Part shown: positions 56,058-64,000 of the stretch, in pieces
Layout of the letters: each line of letters opens with the position of its first letter
Position numbering within the stretch: position 1 is the first letter of the stretch
Virus record (IMG/VR): IMGVR_UViG_3300030117_006168
From: an uncultured virus (IMG/VR IMGVR_UViG_3300030117_006168)
Taxonomy: Duplodnaviria > Heunggongvirae > Uroviricota > Caudoviricetes
Strand: one strand, 5' to 3'
DNA: 64,000 nucleotides
Notes under the pieces: generated by a model
What the model saw: the letters and a program-made list of their open reading frames with translations, nothing else
Told to the model about the DNA's origin: nothing
Databases searched by the model: none
Program-made: the position numbers and the translations under genes

Positions 56058-56492
56058 ATGAAACAAATTGATGAACTACTTGAATTATGGAAAAAAGATT
56101 GTGATATAGATCGCACAGAACCAGGTAAAGAATTATCTAAAGTGCCTGGTTTACACAGCAAATATCTTAATATCTTATCAAGACACAGATTACTTTCTAA
56201 AGACGCTGAGTTTAAATACATGAAACTTAGAAGAGTAAAGTGGGAATATTATACGGGTAAAATGAGTGAAGAAGAATTAAAAGAGAGAGGTTGGGAACCT
56301 TTTCAGTATGTTCTCAAATCCGAGTTGAATACATACTTAGAGAGTGACACAGATTTAAATAAATTCATGGCAACAAAAGCTTACCATGATGAGATAGTAG
56401 AACTTTGTACAAGCATATTAAAAGAGTTGAATAGTAGGACTTATCAACTTAGATCATTGATTGATTGGGAAAAATTTATAGGCGGGATGTAA
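56058..56492 (+). CDS. uvsY: recombination mediator UvsY
   Basis: W-x-KD-x-x-ID, LHSKYL, WEYYTGK, R-x-YQL-x-x-x-IDWEKF. Confidence 0.93.
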   Translation: MKQIDELLELWKKDCDIDRTEPGKELSKVPGLHSKYLNILSRHRLLSKDAEFKYMKLRRVKWEYYTGKMSEEELKERGWEPFQYVLKSELNTYLESDTDLNKFMATKAYHDEIVELCTSILKELNSRTYQLRSLIDWEKFIGGM

Positions 56493-56499
56493 TATATTA

Positions 56500-57966
56500 A
56501 TGAGCGACATAGTATTAAATAAACTAAACGAATCTTTTTTAAAAGTTGAATGTGAGCCCCACTATGAAATGGAATTATCTTCTTATTTTACTTTCTACGT
56601 TCCTGGTTATCGTTTCATGCCTGCTTACAAGAGTCGAGCATGGGATGGAAAAATTTGTTTATTCAACAGACGTAACCACACAATATACCATGGTCTAATA
56701 CCCCATATAAAAAAATTTTGTTCCGAGAGAGATTATAAGCTCGATATTTCCCCTGATGTTAACATAACACATTCACTATCTCTAGTTGAGGCAGTAGACT
56801 TTATTAAGACTTTAAATTTACCTTTTGAAGTTAGAGATTATCAATTACAATCATTTGTTCAATGTATAAGAAATAAAAGAAGGTTGGTGTTATCACCAAC
56901 GGCTTCCGGTAAGTCACTTATATTATATTTAATTGTTCGATACTTAATGAAAGATCATAGTAAAGGTCTTTTAATTGTTCCCACCACATCTCTTGTTGAA
57001 CAGATGTTTACAGATTTTAAATCTTATGGCTTTGACTCTGATAAACATTGTCATCGCCAGTATTCAGGTAAAGAAAAACATACAAATAGTTTTTTAACAA
57101 TATCAACATGGCAATCTGTTTATAAAAATGATAAAGAATATTTTAAACAATTTGATTTTGTGATCGGTGATGAAGCACATCAGTTTAAAGCTAAATCACT
57201 TACAACAATATTATCAAATTGTATTAACTCTAAATACAGGATAGGAACAACAGGCACCTTAGATGGTACTCAAACACATAGATTGGTTTTAGAAGGACTC
57301 TTTGGCCCTGTTTATAAAGCTACAACAACATCAGAACTTATAGAGAAAGGACAACTTGCTGATTTTAGAATAAAATGTTTAATTCTAAAATATGACGAAT
57401 CAATAAGACAACAGGCAAGAAAATGGGACTACAATTCAGAAATAGATTATATTGTTAAAAGTGAGGCAAGAAATAATTTTATTCGTAATCTAGCTTTATC
57501 TTTGAAAGGTAATACATTAATTTTATATCAGTATGTAGAGAAACATGGTAAAAACTTGTATGACCATATTCAAAGTAAAGTGGGTAAAAGAAAAACATTT
57601 TTTGTCTTTGGTGGGACAGATACGGAAATTAGGGAATCTGTTCGATCAATTCTTGAAAATGAAAAAGATGCAATAGTTGTGGCTAGTTATGGTACTTTCA
57701 GCACAGGTATTAATATTCGTAATCTACACAATATAATATTTGCAAGCCCATCAAAATCTAGAATAAGAAATTTACAATCAATAGGAAGAGGACTTCGTAA
57801 GAGTGAAACAAAAGAAAAAGCCACCTTATTTGATATAGCAGATGATTTTCGTATAGGCAAATTTGCCAATTATACGTTGAAACATTTTATAGAAAGGTGT
57901 AAAATATATGATGAAGAAAAATTCGCCTACAAATTTTATAACATAGAGTTGAAAAATGGAAAATAA
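56500..57966 (+). CDS. uvsW: DNA helicase UvsW
   Basis: WDGKI, SPTASGKS, DEAH, GTTGT, LQSIGRGLR. Confidence 0.97.
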   Translation: MSDIVLNKLNESFLKVECEPHYEMELSSYFTFYVPGYRFMPAYKSRAWDGKICLFNRRNHTIYHGLIPHIKKFCSERDYKLDISPDVNITHSLSLVEAVDFIKTLNLPFEVRDYQLQSFVQCIRNKRRLVLSPTASGKSLILYLIVRYLMKDHSKGLLIVPTTSLVEQMFTDFKSYGFDSDKHCHRQYSGKEKHTNSFLTISTWQSVYKNDKEYFKQFDFVIGDEAHQFKAKSLTTILSNCINSKYRIGTTGTLDGTQTHRLVLEGLFGPVYKATTTSELIEKGQLADFRIKCLILKYDESIRQQARKWDYNSEIDYIVKSEARNNFIRNLALSLKGNTLILYQYVEKHGKNLYDHIQSKVGKRKTFFVFGGTDTEIRESVRSILENEKDAIVVASYGTFSTGINIRNLHNIIFASPSKSRIRNLQSIGRGLRKSETKEKATLFDIADDFRIGKFANYTLKHFIERCKIYDEEKFAYKFYNIELKNGK

Positions 57967-58408
57967 AGAAATCAAAATCGTAAGATTAAAGTCTGGAGAA
58001 GATGTAATAGCCACTTTCACAGAAAATAAAAAAGAAAAAAAAGTGACACTAGAAAGTCCAATGCACATAATCTTCAAAAGATCACCCACATTAGAATCAA
58101 ATAGGCCAATGATGTATATGTATCCTTGGGTGCCAGTTGAAATGGTAGAAAAAGATATAGCATTTATAGATTCTGTAAATGTTTTAACTACATTTCAACC
58201 AAAAGGTGAGATGATAGAATATTATGAAAACGTAATCATTGATGCAAAAGAAAGAGCTAAAAAACTAGGTAATCAAAAAGTGTTTGAAGAGGAAATAGAA
58301 TATGAAGATTATGATGATGATGTTGATCCTGCCAAACCCTTTTTAGACGAAATAGAAGAAATCAAAAAGGCTTTAAAAGAAAGAAGAACAAAAAAATTGG
58401 TGCATTAA
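57956..58408 (+). CDS. conserved Sm-like-fold hypothetical protein following uvsW
   Basis: IKIVRLKSGEDVIA, PWVP; usual position between uvsW and gp55. Confidence 0.7.
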   Translation: MENKEIKIVRLKSGEDVIATFTENKKEKKVTLESPMHIIFKRSPTLESNRPMMYMYPWVPVEMVEKDIAFIDSVNVLTTFQPKGEMIEYYENVIIDAKERAKKLGNQKVFEEEIEYEDYDDDVDPAKPFLDEIEEIKKALKERRTKKLVH

Positions 58409-59082
58409 TGGATATGGATTATAAAGATGTAATTGTGAAAAAACCTTGGGGTCAAGAATACCTTTGTTATAATAATAATGAGATTGCCATTTGGCTTTTA
58501 CATATAAAAAAAGGAGAAAAAACTTCTTTACATTGTCACCCAAATAAAAATACTGGTTTTGTTGTTCTTGATGGTCAAACAAAATTATCATTTATAAGAG
58601 GTGGTGTTGACATATATGGATTGAATAAAATTAATATATTTCGTTCAAGATTCCACTCTACATATGCTGTAACAGATTCTTTTATTTTTGAAATTGAAAC
58701 GCCTGAAGATAAAGAAGATTTAATAAGATTAGAAGATTCTTATGGTAGAGAAGATAAACCATATGAAAGTTCAAGTCACCATCTACCTAAAAATGATGCT
58801 TGTATATGGATAGATGAAGCATCTATTAGTCCTAGTGAATTAGAGTTATGTGGTTGTAAAATAAGTCACTTACAAATTATAGATAAAAAACAGTTACTAA
58901 ATAAAAAAGAAGAGGAAGTATTTGTTATAACAAATGGTGGTTTAGTTGTAGATGATAAAGGAAAAAGACAAAAAATATTATGGCCAGGTGATACCATTGA
59001 TGGTCAAACATTAGATAGACTAACGAGAGCTTTTAAATTGGATTATTACACAACTGTATTACATATAACAAAAAATGTTTGA
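58408..59082 (+). CDS. cupin (mannose-6-phosphate isomerase C-terminal-like)
   Basis: KKPWG-x-E, TSLHCHPNK, FHST, EIETP...DLIRLEDSYGR. Confidence 0.8.
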   Translation: MDMDYKDVIVKKPWGQEYLCYNNNEIAIWLLHIKKGEKTSLHCHPNKNTGFVVLDGQTKLSFIRGGVDIYGLNKINIFRSRFHSTYAVTDSFIFEIETPEDKEDLIRLEDSYGREDKPYESSSHHLPKNDACIWIDEASISPSELELCGCKISHLQIIDKKQLLNKKEEEVFVITNGGLVVDDKGKRQKILWPGDTIDGQTLDRLTRAFKLDYYTTVLHITKNV

Positions 59083-59533
59083 ATATAATTGCAAAATCGT
59101 AAGAGTAGTAGATGGCGACACAGTAGATGTCGATATTGACTTGGGTTTCGGTCTTTGGATTCACAAAGAACGAATACGTCTGTATGGTATAGATACACCA
59201 GAGTCCAGAACTAGAGATTTAGTAGAAAAGAAATATGGACTTTTTGCAAAAAAGTTTGTTGAAAAATATATGCCCGTAGATAGCATACAGATATTAAGAA
59301 CACAAAAAGATAGGTCTGGTAAATTTGGCCGTGTTTTAGGTGAATTTGTATTAGAACAACCAATTTCTGATTTATTAGGGCTTAAAAAAATAGACACTCT
59401 GAATAAATTAATGATTAATCATCATGTAGCTGTTGAATATCATGGTCAATCAAAAGAATTAATAGAAGAAGAACATATAAAAAATAGGGAATTAGTACAC
59501 AAAATATGGGGAATGATTGAAGAGGAAAAATGA
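59075..59533 (+). CDS. staphylococcal nuclease (SNase)-like protein
   Basis: RVVDGDTVDV, RIRLYGIDTPESRT, GKFGRVLG. Confidence 0.9.
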   Translation: MFEYNCKIVRVVDGDTVDVDIDLGFGLWIHKERIRLYGIDTPESRTRDLVEKKYGLFAKKFVEKYMPVDSIQILRTQKDRSGKFGRVLGEFVLEQPISDLLGLKKIDTLNKLMINHHVAVEYHGQSKELIEEEHIKNRELVHKIWGMIEEEK

Positions 59534-59578
59534 TACACTTATTTGATTTAAATAAAACATTATGGAATTGGAAATTAT

Positions 59579-61090
59579 ATGCAACCTGATATTTTATTTG
59601 TACACCCAAACGCATCTGAAAAAATTTATCAAGGATTATCATCTAAAAACTCTGCCATAGAACCACCTATTTGGGCCGCTATGTTGGCAAAAAGTGTTTT
59701 GTCACTAGGTTATAGAGCTGAGTTACTTGATGCTGAAGTAGAAGGTTTAGACTACACAGAAACAGCAAAAAGAATTTTTTCCTATAAACCAAGAATAGTT
59801 TGTTTTGTTGTTTACGGTCAGCAACCTAGTGCATCATCTCAAAACATGGAAGGTGCTACAGAGGTAGCCAGATTATTTAAACTTTTTGAACCTGAAGGCT
59901 TTGTACTATTTGTCGGTGGCCACGTTTCAGCTTTACCAAGTGAAACTTTACAAAAACACACTTTCATAGATGCAGTTTGTCAAAATGAAGGTGTTTACAC
60001 TATACATAATTTATTAAAAACAAATTTATCAACAGATCATTTAAAAGACGTTGATGGTTTATGTTATAGATTAGATAATATAATTTTAACTAATAAACCA
60101 TCACCAATTGTACCTAAAAGTGATTTAGAAACTGTGTTACCTGGAATGGCATGGGAGTTATTACCATCTTTAAAAAAATATAGAACAGCTGGTTGGCACT
60201 CTTGGTCGAATAACACAGAGAAACAACCTTTTGCAGCTTTATATACAAGTCTTGGTTGTCCTTATAGGTGTTCATTTTGTATGATAAACATCATTAATAG
60301 AACAAAACCTGGATTTAATATAACAAGTGAAGATAGTAATATATTTCGTTGGTGGTCTCCAGAATTTATTATAAAACAATTTGATTACATTGCAGAACAA
60401 GGTGTAAAAAACGTAAAAATAGCTGATGAGTTATTTGTTTTAAACCCTAATCACTTTATGAAAATATGTGATTTAATTATTGAAAGAGGGTATGATTTTA
60501 ATATTTGGGCTTATTCAAGAGTCGATACTTGTAAACCAAAATACTTAGAAAAATTAAAACAGGCAGGTGTTAATTGGTTAGGTCTTGGTATAGAAAATCC
60601 TAATAATGTGTTAAGAAAAGAAATACATAAAGGTGGTTTTAAAGATGTAAAAGTTTTAGATTTAATTAATACAATTCGTGAGGCTGGTATAAATGTGGGC
60701 GGTAATTATATATTTGGATTACCTTATGATACACATGAAACAATGCAAGATACTTTAGATTTTGCTTTAGATAATCCAACAGAGATGGCTAATTTTTATT
60801 CTGCTATGGCCTATCCAGGAAGTCCACTATATAAAGAGGCGGTAAAAAATAAAATTGATCTACCAGAAACATACTCAGGTTATAGTCAACATTCTTATGA
60901 AACACATAACTTAGCAAATGATCATTTGAAGGCATCTGAAATTTTAGAGTTTAGAGATTATTCTTGGGATACTTATCATTCACATCCAGGATATTTAAGT
61001 CTGATGCGATATAAGTTTGGTCAAAAAGCTGTAGATGAATTAAATAGCACAAAGAAAGTTAAATTGAAACGTAAATTATTAGGAGACTAA
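59579..61090 (+). CDS. cobalamin-binding radical SAM enzyme
   Basis: N-terminal B12-binding-like domain (EPP-x-W, GGHVSALP), GCPYRCSFC (CxxxCxxC), LGIE, YIFGLP, YPGSPLY. Confidence 0.92.
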   Translation: MQPDILFVHPNASEKIYQGLSSKNSAIEPPIWAAMLAKSVLSLGYRAELLDAEVEGLDYTETAKRIFSYKPRIVCFVVYGQQPSASSQNMEGATEVARLFKLFEPEGFVLFVGGHVSALPSETLQKHTFIDAVCQNEGVYTIHNLLKTNLSTDHLKDVDGLCYRLDNIILTNKPSPIVPKSDLETVLPGMAWELLPSLKKYRTAGWHSWSNNTEKQPFAALYTSLGCPYRCSFCMINIINRTKPGFNITSEDSNIFRWWSPEFIIKQFDYIAEQGVKNVKIADELFVLNPNHFMKICDLIIERGYDFNIWAYSRVDTCKPKYLEKLKQAGVNWLGLGIENPNNVLRKEIHKGGFKDVKVLDLINTIREAGINVGGNYIFGLPYDTHETMQDTLDFALDNPTEMANFYSAMAYPGSPLYKEAVKNKIDLPETYSGYSQHSYETHNLANDHLKASEILEFRDYSWDTYHSHPGYLSLMRYKFGQKAVDELNSTKKVKLKRKLLGD

Positions 61091-61091
61091 T

Positions 61092-61625
61092 ATGATGAAG
61101 CCAAAGGCATTAATTATAACATGGGAAAGCTTTCAAGATCAAGAAGTTGTTTATCCTTATTATAGATTAAAAGAAGAAACAGATGATGTAAAGATCATAT
61201 CTAATGTAAAAGGTAGATTTCATGGTATTATGGGTGTAAATATGTTCTCTCATGATACACTAGATAATTTACCAATTTATTCAGATTATGACTTTTTAGT
61301 TTTACCTGGAGGTGTTAAGTCGTTAGAAAAACTAAGACAAGAAGAAAATGTTTTAGAGTTTATTCGTCAATGGGATGTAGATGGTAAATTGATAGCTTCA
61401 ACTTGTCATGGTGCTCAGTTAATGATATCCGCTGAAATTACAGAGGGTAGAGAAATAAGTGGTTATTATAGTATTAGAGATGATATAAACAATTCTGGTG
61501 CAATATACGTTGATGCACCTGCCGTTATTGATGATAATATTGTATCTTCACCACACTATGATTATATGGGTGATTGGATGAAAGCTGCAATTACATTATA
61601 TTATGCAAATTCTGAGAGAGGGTAA
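61092..61625 (+). CDS. DJ-1/PfpI family protein
   Basis: FQDQEVVYP, VLPGG, ASTCHGAQ nucleophile elbow. Confidence 0.9.
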   Translation: MMKPKALIITWESFQDQEVVYPYYRLKEETDDVKIISNVKGRFHGIMGVNMFSHDTLDNLPIYSDYDFLVLPGGVKSLEKLRQEENVLEFIRQWDVDGKLIASTCHGAQLMISAEITEGREISGYYSIRDDINNSGAIYVDAPAVIDDNIVSSPHYDYMGDWMKAAITLYYANSERG

Positions 61626-61631
61626 ATTATA

Positions 61632-62606
61632 ATGATAATAACTAAAACACCTTATAGACTTTCTTTGTTTGGTGGTGGCACAGATTACTCTGATTGGTAC
61701 GCTTATAATAAATCAAAGATTATATCAGCTGCAATAGATCATCATTGTTTTTTAAGTGTGAAAGACTTACCACCTTATTTTAGTTATAAGTATAGAATAT
61801 CTTATTCAAGATTAGAAGCTGTAAATTCAATTGATGACATAGATCACCCATCTGTAAGAAATTGTTTAAAACATTTAGATATAGAACAAAGTTTGACAAT
61901 TACACATGATGGTGAAATGCCGGCAAAATCTGGTGTAGGCTCTAGTTCTGCTTTTACTGTTGGTTTATTAAATGCTTTATTTCATAAAAAAGGTTTTGAT
62001 CTTACACCAAGAGATTTAGCTGAAAAAGCAATTTTTGTAGAACAAGTATTAAATCATGAAAGTGTTGGTATTCAAGATCAAATTACAGCTGCATATGGTG
62101 GTATAAATTTAATTACAGCAGGTTTAGGTAATGATTGGGAAGTAGAGCCAGTCAAAATATCAGATGAATATCTAAAAGAAATGGAAGATCATATACTTTT
62201 AGGTTTTTCTGGTAAGAGTAGAATTGCAGAAGTACAGGCAAGAAAACAAGTAGAAAGAATTGGTAAAAATAAAAATTATTTAAATGAAATATCAGATGTA
62301 GCAAATGTGGGTATACGATATATTATAAATGAAGAAGAAATAGAAAAAGTGGCTAGTATGTTAAAAGCCACATGGAATTTTAAAAAACATTTAACAGATG
62401 ATTTGACGAATAAAAAATTAGATTATATATTTGACCTATCAGAAGAGAATGGGTCATTAGGTGGAAAATTAATGGGTGCTGGAGGTGGTGGTTTTTTTGT
62501 ATTTGTTGTGCCGCCAGAAAAACAAGAAAAATTTAAACAAGCACTCAGATGTATAAAAGTTTGGGTGCCTTTCAAGCTTAGTAAAGGAGGAAGTCAAGTC
62601 ATATGA
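61632..62606 (+). CDS. GHMP-family sugar kinase (HddA heptose-7-phosphate kinase-like)
   Basis: TPYRLSLFGGGTD, PAKSGVGSSSA, G-x-QDQ, GGKLMGAGGGGF. Confidence 0.9.
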   Translation: MIITKTPYRLSLFGGGTDYSDWYAYNKSKIISAAIDHHCFLSVKDLPPYFSYKYRISYSRLEAVNSIDDIDHPSVRNCLKHLDIEQSLTITHDGEMPAKSGVGSSSAFTVGLLNALFHKKGFDLTPRDLAEKAIFVEQVLNHESVGIQDQITAAYGGINLITAGLGNDWEVEPVKISDEYLKEMEDHILLGFSGKSRIAEVQARKQVERIGKNKNYLNEISDVANVGIRYIINEEEIEKVASMLKATWNFKKHLTDDLTNKKLDYIFDLSEENGSLGGKLMGAGGGGFFVFVVPPEKQEKFKQALRCIKVWVPFKLSKGGSQVI

Positions 62607-62785
62607 CCGCTCAAGAACTGTACAGAGATGTTTTATTACAAGAGGCTAAAAGAATTAGAGAATTTATTAGTAAAAATAAATTAGAATTAGGCACCAATAA
62701 ATTAATAATCACGGCAAATGTTCTAGAAGAAAGAGCTGAACAGCTTTTAAATGAGATTACTTCAAACGGAACACCGCTATCATAA
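62603..62785 (+). CDS. small hypothetical protein
   Basis: AGGAGG SD, ATGA overlap with kinase stop. Confidence 0.6.
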   Translation: MTAQELYRDVLLQEAKRIREFISKNKLELGTNKLIITANVLEERAEQLLNEITSNGTPLS

Positions 62786-62807
62786 CAGTTTGTCAACCCT
62801 TTGTCAA
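62779..62807 (-). promoter_or_regulatory. antisense sigma70-type promoter
   Basis: Minus strand TTGACA (62807-62802)-17bp-TATGAT (62784-62779). Confidence 0.6.
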
Positions 62808-62815
62808 GGAATATA

Positions 62816-63415
62816 ATGCACAATTACCAAGAAAATTTTGAAAAAAAAGGATATGTTTTTGTAAAAGATTTTATACCTAAAGATGTTGCAAAATATTTAT
62901 TTGAGTATTTAAAATATTCAAGTCATGCTTTGGTTTTGTCAAGACAGGCAGTTGGTGGAGATGAACAAGTTCCAGATTCTTTTGCACCAAGACATGGTGA
63001 TATGGCCTTTCAGGCATTAATGAAACAAATGCGACCTACAATGGAGATTATTACCGGGTTGGACTTGTGTCCTACTTACACTTATGTTAGACTATATCGT
63101 GAAGGTAATATTTTAAAGAAACATAAAGATAGACCTTCATGTGAAGTATCAGTAACAGTAAAATTATCGGATACAAAAAAAGGTGATTACAATTGGCCCA
63201 TTTATATGGATGGTACTGAATGTATTTTAGAAGATGGTGATGCAGTAATTTATCGAGGATGTGATTATGAGCATTGGCGTGAACCCTGTGAAGGTGGTAA
63301 AAATTATCGTTTAGGTCAAGCTTTCTTACACTACATTGATAAAAGTGGCCCTTATTATCCTCAATATGCTTATGATCAAAAACCATATGCCAAATTATTT
63401 GAAAGTGAATTATGA
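62816..63415 (+). CDS. 2OG-Fe(II) oxygenase
   Basis: TYVRLY, LKKHKDRPSCEVS (HxD), HWRE, QAFLHY; AAGGA SD before ATG 62816. Confidence 0.88.
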   Translation: MHNYQENFEKKGYVFVKDFIPKDVAKYLFEYLKYSSHALVLSRQAVGGDEQVPDSFAPRHGDMAFQALMKQMRPTMEIITGLDLCPTYTYVRLYREGNILKKHKDRPSCEVSVTVKLSDTKKGDYNWPIYMDGTECILEDGDAVIYRGCDYEHWREPCEGGKNYRLGQAFLHYIDKSGPYYPQYAYDQKPYAKLFESEL

Positions 63416-63930
63416 GTAAAGAATCAAAACATTACGTTAAAAATGCAGACTTTTTAGAAGCTTTAATAAAATATAAAGAAGCTTGTGAGATTGCTAAAGA
63501 AGAAAACAAAGAAGAACCTCCTATACCAAATTATATTGGTGAATGTTTTTTTAAGATAGCTGAACATCTATCAAGAAAACCTAACTTCATATCATATTCA
63601 TTTCGTGATGAAATGATTTCAGATGGTATAGAAAATTGCCTAATGTATTTTCGTAATTTTAATCCAGAGAAAAGTAAAAACCCATTTGCATATTTTACTC
63701 AAATAATTTATTATGCCTTTTTAAGAAGAATTACGAAAGAGAAAAAACAATTATATGTAAAATACAAGGCAACAGAACAAATGGGTATAATAGAAGAACA
63801 TGAAGTATTGCCTGATGGAAGCTTGAAACCTTTTGAACTCTATGATAATATAGCAGAGTTTATTCAAAACTTTGAAGAAAGCAAAAAGAAAAAGCAAGAA
63901 AAGAAAAAAGGCCTTGAAAAATTTTTATGA
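63412..63930 (+). CDS. 55: late transcription sigma factor gp55
   Basis: HYV-x-N, YIGECF-x-KIA, PNF-x-x-Y-x-FRDEMISDGIENC, NPFAYFTQI-x-YYAFLRRI. Confidence 0.97.
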   Translation: MSKESKHYVKNADFLEALIKYKEACEIAKEENKEEPPIPNYIGECFFKIAEHLSRKPNFISYSFRDEMISDGIENCLMYFRNFNPEKSKNPFAYFTQIIYYAFLRRITKEKKQLYVKYKATEQMGIIEEHEVLPDGSLKPFELYDNIAEFIQNFEESKKKKQEKKKGLEKFL

Positions 63931-64000
63931 AGCTTTGTATATTAGGTGATACCCATTTTGGTGCGAGAGGTGACTCGGTAGATTTTCATAACTTTTTTGA
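63927..64000 (+). CDS. 47: recombination endonuclease subunit gp47, N-terminus (truncated)
   Basis: MKLCILGDTHFGARGDS metallophosphoesterase D-x-H motif right after gp55. Confidence 0.88.
   Translation, partial: MKLCILGDTHFGARGDSVDFHNFF

Noticed and set aside
44555..57966. Introns or inteins in gp17, gp20, gp23, uvsW
   Set aside because: ORFs are continuous and of ordinary length; no splice motifs or homing endonuclease seen
62611..62823. Minus-strand 70-aa ORF as target of the antisense promoter
   Set aside because: Its start lies upstream of the promoter and it shadows the plus-strand gene

Overview
64 kb of an AT-rich T4-like (Kyanoviridae/pelagiphage-type gene order) myophage genome. 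Host is undetermined, probably an aquatic Gram-negative bacterium (lipoboxes, sigma70 promoters). From left to right: (i) an early/accessory region (partial ClpP-like gene, candidate structured ncRNA, initiator-type tRNA-Met, a direct-repeat-flanked gene cassette, a three-gene envelope/lipoprotein module, a pyrimidine-dimer glycosylase-like gene, exonuclease, gp33, gp59, gp32); (ii) a minus-strand tail block (gp4, gp54-like, gp26, gp51, two paralogous tape-measure-like genes, one with a lysozyme domain); (iii) baseplate genes gp48, 53, hub, 5, 5.4, 25, 6, 7, 8 and a VrlC-like protein; (iv) an 8.8 kb modular array of fibre stubs, small adaptors and glycine-rich adhesins; (v) neck/packaging/tail/head genes gp13-gp23 and gp3, then uvsY and uvsW; (vi) an inserted enzyme cluster (cupin, nuclease, B12-radical SAM, PfpI, GHMP sugar kinase, 2OG-Fe(II) oxygenase), then gp55 and the start of gp47. 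Best leads: a probable -1 programmed frameshift fusing gp26 to gp51 directly upstream of the tape-measure genes (lambda G/GT-like), an AUC-initiated virion gene whose RBS is hidden in a hairpin enclosing its late promoter, the modular adhesin array, the ncRNA, and the enzyme cluster. All family calls come from motif recognition and synteny by eye; no database searches were run.
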